Shown here piece by piece: positions 39,776 through 50,962 of a DNA stretch of 64,000 bases. Numbering within the stretch: position 1 is the stretch's first letter; each line of letters starts with the position of its first letter. Source of the DNA: Sphaerodactylus townsendi (taxonomy: Eukaryota); assembly GCF_021028975.2 (NCBI RefSeq), contig NC_059426.1, positions 78,678,001-78,742,000 of the forward strand. Direction: 5' to 3'. A program made the translations under genes and the position numbers. The notes beneath the pieces are model-generated. The model did not search any database. It was not told the DNA's origin and worked only from the letters and a program-made list of their open reading frames with translations.

Positions 39776-40382
39776 AAAGTTTTGGATGGTTGAGAAATAT
39801 TCTCAAAAAGATACTTTTATAGTCCAGATGAGATGAGAATATTAGACTCTCAGCAGGTGGTTACAGACATTATGAGTCTTAAGAGATGATGTTGCTAGTA
39901 TCTATGTTTTGCTTTGGAAACTGGTTAGTCCCAGTATAAACTTCATGTTGCAGCTATAACTTGTCTGGAGAGTAGACTATCAATGTCCTATTACAGATTC
40001 CTAACCTGCCTTTATCTTTTAAAGTAATTTTTGTAGCATCCTTGCTGTCATTCATCTTTTATTTTTGGAAAGTATACAAATATTCCTAATAATTTTCATA
40101 AGGAAATGTATTATTTTCACTGAGAATATGTAGCCTAAGTCTCACAAACATCAGATGCAGTAAAGCTGTCTGGGCTGTACCATTGCCGACTGCAACTGCA
40201 GCTTACCGGTATATGATTGGCTACTTCTTCATACAAAACCAAAACAGAACAAAGCCTTTCACATAGAAATGTAACATGTCAGGAAGAAGGATGGGTTCTT
40301 CCTTGGCCATTTCACTTCCTTATATGCAGAGCATAAATGTGAGCTTTCTTTTATGTTCTGAAGCGGAACAGTCCAAACACAT

Positions 40383-41790
40383 GTTTATTTTTGTTGGTTT
40401 GTTTGTTTCACTTAATATACCGTCCACCCCCGAAGGGCTCTGGGCGGTGTACAGTAACATAATAAAATGGTACAATATAAAACCCCATAAAATACAATAA
40501 AACTATACATTATTTTAGATGGGACATCTAAAGATAGCGAAGAACATTTCGTTCCATGGGGCTGGCCCAGATGGTATAACCACAGAATAGAATACATGGT
40601 GAGATGGAACAAATTACAGGGATGGCACACAGTCAACGGCTACCCCCTCCAAAGGCCCAGTGGAATAATTCTGTTTTACAAGCCCTGCAGAACTGTTCCA
40701 GATCCCACAGGACTCTAACAGACAATAGTAATGAGTTCCACCAGTCAAGGGCTAAGGCACAGAAGGCCCTAGCCCGGTTGGAGGCCAGCCATATCATGGA
40801 GGGGCCAGGGGCCACCAGTAAATTGGCCTCTGCAGAACACAGAGGTCATGTGAGAACATATGGGGTGAGATGGTCCCTCGGGTACGAGGGCCCCAGACTG
40901 TGGAGTGCCTTAAAGGTTAATACCAACCTTGAAGGTGATCCAGTATTCTGTTGGGAGCCAGTGCAGCCGGCGCAGCACAGGAGAGGTATGAGCTGGACCA
41001 ACTTCAGCTTCCGGATCAACCGCAAGGGAGGCCTGTATAGAGCAAGTTGCAATAATCTAGTCTAGAGCTGATCATAGCATGAATCACAGTGGCCAAGTCG
41101 ATCTGGGAGAGGTAAGGGGACAGCCATCGTTCTTGGCACAAATGGAAAAATGCCACCTGGGCTGTATGGGCTACCTGAGTCTCCATGGAAAGAGAAAAAT
41201 CCAGGTGGACCCCCAGGTTAGGATCCAAGGAGGTCAGTGATAGAGGGATCCCACTGAGCATTGGTGGCTGAAAACCCTCCCCTCCCCCTTCATGACCCAC
41301 CCACAGGATCTCCATCTTAGATGGGTTAACCTGCTTTGCTGCAACCAACCAGCAACTGCCTTCAAACAGTGCTGTAGAGCCGCAGGGCAGTGGCCGGCCT
41401 TCCCTTTATCAACAGAATGAGCGGAGTGTCATCAGCATATTGATGACAGATCAGCCCAAAACTTTGCACCAACTGAGCAAGGGGTTGTATATAGATATTA
41501 AACAACAATGGGGATAATAGGGCCCCCTGCAGCACATCGCATTGAAGTGAGCACCACTGAGAAACCTTATCCCCAACCCTCACTTGCTGACTCTGTTTCC
41601 AAAGGAATGAGGCAACCCATTGCAGGGTCACGCCCTGGACCCCAGAAACGGCCAGCCAGTGGGTCAAAAGGCCGTCATCGACCATGTCAAATACTCGGTA
41701 AGGTCTAATAATACCAGCAGCACCAATCAGCCCTGGTCAAACTGCATGCGGAGTGTATCTGTGCCAGTGGTCAGGATGGTTTACCACCTT
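40383..41790 (-). mobile_element. Older L2 LINE (RT to 3' end), multiple frameshifts
   Basis: Minus ORFs give QGALLSPLLFNIY, QYADDT, SRLDYCN and APGPSMIWLASNRARAF; same family as 10276-12556 but CpG-decayed. Confidence 0.93.
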
Positions 41791-41930
41791 GTCTGCTTTT
41801 TGTGAATGTTAGACCCTATGTCAAGCTATAGCTCAGTCATCAGTAAAGACTGCTGATTTGGCTACAATCCTCAAACTACAATAAGAGTTGCCAAAGTGAT
41901 CCCAAAGAATGTGTGTCCATGCAGCCCAAT

Positions 41931-41958
41931 CACACGCGCACGCGCGCGCGCACACACA
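41931..41958. repeat. Alternating purine-pyrimidine (CA)/(CG) tract
   Basis: cacacgcgcacgcgcgcgcgcacacaca. Confidence 0.9.
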
Positions 41959-42991
41959 AATACAAATGTAAGTCCTTTGACTTCAGATAGGCTTACACTG
42001 AAGTAAATGAACACAGGATTTCAACTTTGGAAAGATTTCCTTATGCAACCTGAGTGGGGGAATGACCTATCAGTGAGTCTACTTGATGTACCACTGGTCT
42101 GTCAAAGGCTATAACAATGGAACCTCCAAGCGATTCAGAGACAATGTATCTTCAGAGATAAAATGCTGGTGGCAGATATTAGTATGGAACTATTTTTTTA
42201 CTATACATTAGTATGGAACTATTTTAAGGTGGATATAACCCTAGCACCTTTTAGGGACATATAGAAGATCAAGCTGAATGCCAGTAAAGGCAGCTGAGTA
42301 ATTTACATGAAAGCCATAGTGAATGTGGGAAGAAGGTGGAGACTGCAGCACTGAGAAACTGCTATGATCAACAGTGTAGCGGCAGCAGTAGTAAGTTATG
42401 CAGTAAACTACTTCTGCTCCCCCCCATACCTTCTGTTGAGTCCCAGCACACACCAGGGCCTTTTAAAAAAGCAGCGTAGTGAATCTTAGCCTATAGGCAC
42501 TACCTCAGCAACCTCCTCCTGATACCATCTTAGTCACAGAGAACTTCTGTGGTGAAATATGTCTCACTGTGAAGAAAGATTAATCTTCTTTATGAGGATC
42601 TAGGTGAATGCTTTGCATTGGGATTGTGTTGTCTCAAGGCATAAATCTTTGTTATATCAGCAGCCTGCAGTCCCACTGAACCAGAGCAAAGCTCGTTTTT
42701 ATTCTCCTTCTTATTTATCATGTGGGTTGGAAAGTTCACTTAAGAAAGAACTGCATGATTTTTTTAAGGGTTTGCTTGTATAGTCTTCATTGCTCCTTGG
42801 CCCATTCTAGTTATTCTTCAAACTTGGTTGGTCCCCTGGATCTGACTATTTTCAGAATCATAATAATTAAAGGTGTCTATAAGTGATATTTGAAAGGAGG
42901 TGGAAATTCTACCAACAAGCTATGACTATAGTAAGCTATATGACTGTGTATAGTAACACTCCTTAGTATGAAACTATTTTTAAAAAGCACA

Positions 42992-43133
42992 GGCCCCTTC
43001 CGCACATGCAAAATAATGCGTTTTCAAACCACTTTCACAACTGTTTCCAAGTGGATTTTGCTATTCCGCACAGCTTCAAAGAGCACTGAAAGCAGTTTGA
43101 AAGTGCATTATTCTGCATGTGTGGAATGAGCCC
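42992..43133. mobile_element. Second copy of the Harbinger-like palindromic MITE
   Basis: ggccccttccgcacatgcaaaataatgc...gcattattctgcatgtgtggaatgagcc; same family as 39624-39775. Confidence 0.75.
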
Positions 43134-43162
43134 CAGATAAACCCCAAAAGCTTTGTCTTTAG

Positions 43163-43258
43163 TTGGGTGCTGTGTGGTTTCCGGGCTGTATGGCCGTGTT
43201 CTAGCAGCATTCTCTCCTGACGTTTCGCCTGCATCTGTGGCTGGCATCTTCAGAGGAT
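43163..43258 (-). mobile_element. Short Penelope-like insertion with 12-bp TSD
   Basis: 96-bp insert flanked by ctttgtctttag (43151-43162, 43259-43270); homologous to 4503-4600 and 23571-23710. Confidence 0.85.
43215..43257 (-). ncRNA. Minimal type I hammerhead ribozyme motif (Penelope-type)
   Basis: Minus strand UCCU-CUGAAGA-U-GCC[agccacagaugca]GGC-GAAA-CG-UC-AGGA: helix I UCCU/AGGA, intact core, 3-bp helix II, palindromic ACGU in place of helix III, GUC cleavage triplet. Activity not tested. Confidence 0.75.
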
Positions 43259-44355
43259 CTTTGTCTTTAGCACTTACAATTTGTCTTTAGCACTTACAAA
43301 GACCTTCATTGGAAATCACTGGCAATCAAAATAACCATGTAACTTCTTGTATGCCCTGCACTTATCCTATCAAATACACAATCTAACAGATGGGATGTGC
43401 ATTTGAATATTTCCAATCCAACTGTTGGGTTTCAGATCAGGAATTCCCCAAAATGAAGTTGGGTACATACAAAATTTGGGTATATCCAAAATTCATCTCT
43501 TGACATTTCAGGATTGTTACAAGTTATTTTGGCAGTGTTCATTCTGAGCCCAGGTCTACTTTCATTGTTTTCACTGAATGGCACACATGGCCTCCAGATT
43601 TTTATTTATTTTGCCATATTTTTATCTCGCCCTTTCCAAGATACGAGAATCTATCCCCCTGCCCAATTTCCATGTCTAGCATCCAGACAGAGGCCAGATC
43701 TCCCCAAACCCAATATTCTTGAAACAGATTTTAGAAATAATACCAATATTCCCAACATTTCAGGAAAACAATAATCCCAACCTTTCTGAAAAATCAAGTT
43801 AAAAAACTTTTGAAGTGAGTACATGTAACAGGACACTCAGCTATTATTATTAAATACATGTCTGTAAATACAACACAATACATTTCCAGCTCAACATAAC
43901 TAAATTCAGTAGACTTATTTGATATTGGAACCCATTTTTTGAAGAAGAATGGAGGTGGCATGTGAAAGAGCCATATGTCGCTCTTACGCTGCAAAATGAA
44001 TACCATTAGTTTAGCACAGTGGTATCATTGTAAAGATGGCCAAGATGACAAAATTTTATTCCCATCTTTAAGATCTAAAATCAGGGAGGACAAGAAAGGG
44101 AGGGAGAAAAGATACATAATCAGAGAAGACAAGAATGGGGTGGGGGTGGGGCAGATTAGTAGGTTGGATCCAAAATCCCCCTTCTAGGTATGGAAGGACA
44201 CTTGCACTTGTACAAATGGGGAAGCAATCTCCCCACTTTCCCACTTTCTCTTGCCGACTTCCATGTCATTTTTCAAGAGCCTGCTGACCCTCATGAGCAG
44301 CCTTTTGAGGGGCACAGGGGTGCTGCACCAGAACAAGTGATTTAGGAAATCACTA

Positions 44356-44645
44356 GAGAGCCAGCACGGTGTAGTGGTTAAGAGCTATGGACTCTAAGCT
44401 GAAGAGCAGGGTTTGATTCCCTACTCCTTCACATGAGCGACCAACTTTTATCTGGCAAACAGGTTTTGTTTCCCCTCTTCTACAAATGAAGCCTGCTGGG
44501 TGACCTTGGGCTAGCCACAGTTCTTTTCAAATTCTCTCAGCCCCACATACCTCACAAGATATCCGTTGTGGGAAAGGAAAGAAAGGAGTTTATAAGCCAC
44601 TTTGAGACTCCTTATGGGAGAGGTGGGATACAAATCCCAACTTTT
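44356..44645 (+). mobile_element. tRNA-derived CORE SINE (Squam3-like)
   Basis: A box ggtgtagtggttaag, B box gggtttgattccc, CORE gggtgaccttgggctagccacag, tail gtgggatacaaatcccaacttttct. Confidence 0.85.
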
Positions 44646-46113
44646 CTGCCAGTATAGTTCCCCTTTTAGTTCTTGATGTATGATCTAATAATGGGTGCCA
44701 GCCAAAGTGCCTTTAAAAAAGAGTTAAATTAATTCATAAAGGACAAGTCCAACAATGGATACTAGTCATAATGGCTAAATGGGAACTGCAAAAAAAAAGG
44801 TTATTGCCTTCCCCCCTTTTTATACAAGCTTTCTTGGCATATACCCTATCATGTCATTTAAGTTTCAGAATTTTAAATAAAGGAAAATTTGACGAATCAT
44901 TTTGGGAGACAGAGGGCTGAATTAGATGACACTTTGATCTGATACAGGATGATCACTCTCTTTGTAATCCAGTTTTCAGCAAATGCTATCGAGACAGTTT
45001 GCAATAAAACAATTACAAATCAATAAACAATCAAATTTCAAAAATACATACAAAAATCCCCACCATTTACCTTAGATATGCCACTGGTAGAATGCTGTGG
45101 AGTTCACCCTCCAAAGAAGCCATTTTCTTCAGGGAAATTGATAACTGTCCACAGGGGAACGGCTGTAGTTCCAGGAGATCTCCAGGCTCCACCTGAAGAC
45201 TGGCTACCCTAATCCAACAGGTGGATTGGCAGGATGAATCACTGTTAGTAGTCTGACTGTCCACTGCACTGCTGTCCTTTATCTCCCTTTTTGGCTGGTC
45301 TCCCCTCTGGGCAAAAGAATTAAGCAAATTAGCAAAATAATGGTATGCTTTACTTCCATGGTAAACTTTTGAATGCCAATGCCAGAAGGCAATGTCAGGG
45401 AAAGGGCTCAGCCTCTATGTCCTGTTGTTGGGCCTCCAAAGGAATTGGTTGGCTTTTTAAATTTTATTCTGGGAATTTGCAAATTGAAAGGTTTGACATT
45501 TACTCATCAAATGAGACCTTAAGAGCCTTGATTGAGCCTTCTCAACCATAGAAGTTTTAGGAGCTTCAAGTTGAAGGCATAGTAGATTTTCACCTCCTAG
45601 AATGAGTTTGCTTGCTGCTGGTTCTGTCGCACAATTTGTGCTCTGTTCTATCAGCATACGTTTGTTAGCTGGAGGAATTGCTGACTCCTGCTTCTTTTTT
45701 TGTAGACGAATAGCTTTCTCTATAAAACTCAGTTGAAGGAGCTACCTAGAAGTATGCAGATGGGACAATAACCAAAGGTCACCGAAAACCACGGGAGCTC
45801 TTTTCTATGATTTCAGAAAGGGCGACTGCTGCAATTCAGCAGCTTTCAGCTTCATGTGACCCCCATGCATCTGTGAACCATAGTGGTTTTTTATAACACA
45901 CAACTTCCTCTGCCTGCAGTCTTTAGATATATTTGGGAGTCATCATTTTATTTAATACATTGTCGTAAAACAGTTTTATTTGTTTATTTTCCACCCTATG
46001 AAATGGCTCAAAACAAAAATGATTTAAAAATCATAAAAGTCACTGCTGTTTAAAATAGCAAAGTGATTTCAATGAGCTGCGGTACACACAAAGCTAGTTC
46101 AATCCACAATGGA

Positions 46114-46301
46114 TAGGGTTGCCAGCTCTGGGTTGGGAAACACCTGGAGATTTGGGGGTGGGGGCAGAGGAGGGGGTTGAGGAGGGGATGAACTTTAGTG
46201 GGGTATAATGGCATAGAGTCCATTTTCTGCCATTTTCTCTAGGGGAACTGATTTCTGTTGCCTGGAGATCTCCAGCCATCACCTGAAGTATGGCTGCCCT
46301 A
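46114..46301. mobile_element. hAT MITE with TAGGGTTGCCA-type TIRs
   Basis: tagggttgcca...tggctgcccta with degenerate TSD acaatgga/gccatgga. Related pieces at ~45070-45211 and 61548-61698. Confidence 0.75.
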
Positions 46302-46627
46302 GCCATGGAAATTTCTGCCTTGAAAGGCTTGGAGGAAAAAAATATATGTGTAAACTAAGTGCCTACTAAGTGGTTTTAGATTGAAATAGCTTGTTAGATT
46401 TTTCTCTTGTGTTCCCTGTCCTTAGAAAAAGTTCAATCTTACTAAATTAAGAAAATTCTCCGGAAAGGGAGAACGATGCTTAAAGGAATCTCTCTACAGT
46501 TGCCTTCTTTTTCTCTGTTTATGGTGTTCCAACTGCAAGACACTAGTTCTAAAATATGAGAAAGGTTCATATACCTTTAGATATACTGTGCTTGGGGCAG
46601 GGTATAGAGCTATCCAATGTTTGTACT

Positions 46628-46842
46628 TTTTTTTGCTGACAAGTCACAGCCTACTTACGAACCCCCTGTAATGTTTTCACGGCAAGAGATATTCTCATAT
46701 TCACAGCTAGTTTGCTATTGCCTGCATCCGCATAACAACCCTGGACCTCCGTTGTCATCTCCTATTCAAGTATTAATCAGGGATGACTCTGTTTAACTTC
46801 TGAGATCTGCTGAAATCAGGTTAGCCAAGGGAAGCCAGATGG
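46628..46842 (-). mobile_element. 5S rRNA-derived SINE with Sauria/RTE-type tail
   Basis: Minus-strand head ctgatttcagcagatctcagaagttaaacagagtcatccctgattaatacttgaataggaga resembles the 5S rRNA internal promoter region; it is followed by gcaggcaatagcaaa...tctcttgccgtgaaaac...gtgacttgtcagcaaaa, a Sauria-SINE/BovB-like tail. Confidence 0.7.
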
Positions 46843-47690
46843 GATAAAACTACATACATGGCCAGAGGTTGTTTGAGCTCTCTTCTGTAACCACTTGCAC
46901 AGGAGGCTGGGGAAAACTGCTTTCTAGGTTAAAAACTGGCTTGCCTGTTGAACAGTGCAAGTGGTTCCACAGAAATCTGTAGTCTTGGCATCATGCATAA
47001 TCCTTTTGCGTGTACTTTTTCAGAATTTCAGTCTGACTCTGCAATTCCATTCCATTGTAAATGTGGGTTAGGATTGACCTCTAAATGCATCAATGTTATG
47101 TATTGAAATCAGTAAGACTGAAAAAGGTTCAGTGTGGCTTTGGTAGTCCAACTTTCTCTACTGAAGTGTTTTTTGCTACACTGAACACTCTGTGCAGAGT
47201 GATGTGTAGCCTCATGGAAAGCAATACAAGTAAACAAACTGGCTCACCTTACACAGGTACATAAGCCTAGGTATAACCAGAGGCATTTTTAGCAGAGGAA
47301 GAGGTGGGAAAGATTTTGCTAGCAGTAGCTGACTACCATCTGAACTGAGGTTTTTTCTCCTCTGGACAAATCAACACGTCTTCTGGTGTATCATACTGTT
47401 GGTCCATCACAGTCATCACTGTAAGTCATTTTCAACGTATCGTACTAATCTTGGTCAGTAAGCATTTAATATGATCCTGCAACAGTTCTGATTTATACTG
47501 TATTGTTCAGATCATTTTTTGAAGCTGTGCATCCTGTGTCTCTGCCTACAAAAATGAGGGGGTTGGTGATCAGTGGCTTTTTTGGGGTTGGCAACTCACC
47601 TTTGGAATGCCCTCTCCCTTCAGGCTTGTCAGGAACCTGCTTTATCTTCCAGGTCAAAACATTTCTCTTTACCCAGATTTCTAACTAAGG

Positions 47691-47838
47691 CCATGGTGGT
47701 GAACCTATGGCACTCCAGATGTTCATGAACTACAATTCCCATCAGCCCCTGTCAGCATGGCCAATTGACCATGCTGGCAGGGGCTGATGGGAATCGAAGT
47801 CCATGAACATCTGGAGTGCCGTAGGTTCACCACCACTG
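47691..47838. mobile_element. Palindromic hAT MITE (sister subfamily) inserted in an old L2 3' remnant
   Basis: Same core ctccagatgttcatgaactacaattcccatcagcc but different TIRs (..tggtggtgaacc / ggttcaccaccactg); perfect TSD aactaagg (47683-47690, 47839-47846). Confidence 0.9.
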
Positions 47839-48924
47839 AACTAAGGTATTTCCCTTTTTTAAGTTGTTTTTTTGTTATCTGCTCCTGAGGACTGTTTTTT
47901 TTTCTGTATCATTTTACATTGCTTCATTTTATAGACTTTTATATGCCATGCTACTTAGCTTTACAAAATGTAAAAGGGGAAAAAATCTGCAGATTTCACA
48001 TTGACTTGTCACAATGGACAATGCATCAGAGATAGCTGACTTTATAGAACTTCAAGATGTTCCCTTTTTCACTTTGGAGGACCTCTTCTTAATAAATATA
48101 GCCACAGAAAAGCCCATGTTTGCACATACACTTCTTTGTTCTTTTACCATAGTTGAAAGTGATGCTATTTTATCTTCTCTTCAATTGTCTAACACTGAGT
48201 TGAAGTTCATCAAGCATTATTTTTATGGAAGTGAGATTGGCTTGCTTAGCAAAAGAAGCTCTCTAGAGAACAAGGGGAAAAACCAGAGGCAGCAAACTTT
48301 TTTTCTGCTAAAGGAAAGGGAACAAGAAAGCAATCCTAGCAGAACTGGGGTGGGATGTATGCACAGGAACAGCAGGAGTCAGCGAGATCCAAATATTAAA
48401 TTACTTTAGATTTTTTCAAAGGAAATTGCTAAATTAAGTATCTGATCATGTCACCTCTATCTGAAAACTCTCTGCTATTGAATGCAGCAAAGAAAATCCT
48501 ACCCACTTGATTAGCCTAAGGAGAGATGAAACTGTGAAATATTAGGCAGGCATATCCCTGGTGTTTTAATTCCCCAAGTCTGGTTGAGGCAGATTCAGTT
48601 TTTCCTGCACATTAAATGTTGATATTATCTTGATTCATCTCCCTGACTTGCCTGCCCTACAAGGCTACAAGCTTCTGAGAGGCTGGGGAATGGAATGCAT
48701 ATGACGAACTGGACAGTGCCTACTTGCAGGGTAACCCTGGTCCTTGCCCTTTTATGCTGGTAATCTTGCTGCCATCATCTGGACTAGCACTAGATCATTT
48801 GGGGTAGGGGGATAAGGGGCTTCTGCCTTCTCCCTGTACTGTTTTCCTGAGTCAAAATGGCCCCTGTGGCACTTTTTGTCTCCTTATAAGACTGTGGTCT
48901 CACTTTAACACCATTTATAATCTA

Positions 48925-50019
48925 CTAGAAGGGCACCCATGGTTCGCTACGGATACTTCATCACAGACTCTCTATGAATTTTGGGGTGACATTCAACATA
49001 CTTCTTTACAGCCTGTTTGTGAACTTTGGGGTGACATGCAGCATATTTCCTCACAGGCTGTCTGTGGACTGATGGGTTTGTTTTCACATTATTTTGCAGC
49101 AGCTTCCTGTAGTTGTCTTTTTTAATGCAACGTGTTATTGCTCTCTTTCACCTGGTGGGCTCCAAAACATGTCATTTGGAAGCAGCCGATGTATTTTCGG
49201 GATGCAGGAAGGAAGTGTTCTGCCATTGGATGCTGATGAGTGAGAAGGCTGTGAAGAGGTTCAGGGTAGGGTTGAAGGACAGGGAGCTGGACTGTACAGC
49301 CACTGCAGCACATTCCTGGGGACTCATCCCACCACTTCAGAGCACGACACCAAGCACAGGGTGATCGGAGGCCGAGAGCAGTAAACTTGTCTCCACGGTA
49401 ATCAGTCTGATGTCCATATGCAAAACACGACAAATGTTTAGTAGTCCAAGGTGATAGTGTGGTTTGTAATCTGTTTTGATTGTATTTGGCTGTAGCGGTG
49501 TTGTTAACGTGAGGGTGGGTGAAGGAGTACTTTTTCACAGCCTGTCTGTTAACTTCGGGGTGACATTCAGCACACTTCTTTGCAGCCTGGTTGTGAACGT
49601 TGGGGTGACATGCAGCATATTTCCTCACAGCCTGTCTGTGGACTGATGGGTTTGTTTTCAAATAGGTTCACATGCATTGTGGAAGACGGTGTTAGAGTGG
49701 CACACTATGGTGAAGGACATGAAGCTGGTGGTGTTTAACTGTCACCCTTAGAATGTTCGTGCAGCATGTCTGTGGACTGAGGGGCTGGTTTGCCCTTAGA
49801 ATGTTCGCGCAGATGGCCAGAGATGAACAGTTAAACAGTAAATGTGTAACAACTCAAGTAAAACTGAATATTTTGGAAAAAAAAATCCTTTCTTAGTGAG
49901 CACCTAAACCACATAATGAACCGGTGTGCCAAATTTCAACTTTGTAGGTTCGGTGGTTTTTGAGTTCTTTTGATGAGTCAGTGAGTCAGTCAGTAGTATT
50001 TCACATTTTTAGATATAGA
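48925..50019 (-). mobile_element. Internally deleted Helitron with both termini
   Basis: Minus strand 5' end A|TCTATATCTAAAAATGTGAAATACTACTGACTGACTCACTGACTCATC...CTACAAAGTTGAAATTTGGCAC; 3' end ATCCGTAGCGAACCATGGGT hairpin plus GCCCTTCTAG|T; contains a RepHel fragment. Confidence 0.9.
49122..49661 (-). pseudogene. Helitron RepHel N-terminal fragment (15-aa repeats plus Cys-rich zinc-finger-like region)
   Basis: CAWCRALKWWDESPGMCCSG.VQLPVLQPYPEPLHSLL...HFL...RKY..CFQMTCFGA matches the typical animal Helitron pattern CxxCxAxKWxxExPGMCCxxGKVxLP..PEPL..LL..HFL..IRKYN..FQMTSFGA. Rep and helicase motifs are absent. Confidence 0.88.
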
Positions 50020-50962
50020 TTTTAGTATCCAGTTGTTAATGGATTTTCTGTGTGGCATTTCAGACAGTTTTGGGATCCTGGCTGCCAACATATTTTTTTT
50101 AGCCTTTTCATACAAAGTTGCTTGCGTCCTATTCACAGAGCAGAGCTGAACTTTTTAAAAAAAATTTCCTTTCTTTGGTTCAGGTCTTCTTTGCACTTCT
50201 GAATCGCTGTGAAGTGTGGTTTGAAATGTCTGCAGCGCTTCTGAAAGTGCTGCTCCCCCACCCTGCCTTTTCCACAGTGTGTTCTTTTCTTTCTTAACAT
50301 TTAGCATTCAAATTTTTGCGCTATAGTGCTAGGCCAATATAGCAATTCAGTTCTATACTGCTGGCAGTCAGAAGCTTGCTGAATGCTGGCAATGTAGCAC
50401 TGAGTTGCTATGTATGTGCTATAGCCCCAAAGTTGGAAGGTTTAAAAAAAAGGCTGAAAGGAATATTCCAAAAAAGCTGCTGGAAAGAAGCTGCATAGTT
50501 TGAAATGGCCAGAGTGCTTCAAACATGACTCATTAACAGATTGAAATACACTGTATGAAAGCTTCATCTCAGTGTCATTTTACGTGGAATTGGGCCAACA
50601 AATGATAACAACCAGATTAGAATGGCAAAGTGAAAGGGGGCTGCATGTACAGTGAATAGTGCACCTGCAATCCAGCAACTGGGAAAGTAATTCCTTCTCC
50701 AGCTTTGATAGTTAAAAATGTATTATACCTGAGGCAGGTAATGAAAAAGTGATATTGTAGTAGATCAGGTGGAAAATGGTAACCTGGGTAGTCTCATTGA
50801 AACAAGATTCATACCATAAAATAAGAGCATGAAGGAACATTTCTCCACTGATCCCATCCTCCCTGACTACTGTGGTATGTTTGCTCCTTGTGGCTAAAAT
50901 AGCTTTGTTATATTCGTGTTATTGAGGTTCTCTCCCTTCTCGATGAGGATAAGGAATAGGCA

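Noticed and set aside
44356-44430. tRNA genes at SINE heads (also ~21200-21275 and 62717-62790)
   Set aside because: A and B boxes are present, but there is no complete cloverleaf and they continue into CORE SINE bodies.
46760-46842. Functional 5S rRNA gene
   Set aside because: Heavily diverged, partial, and fused to a SINE tail.
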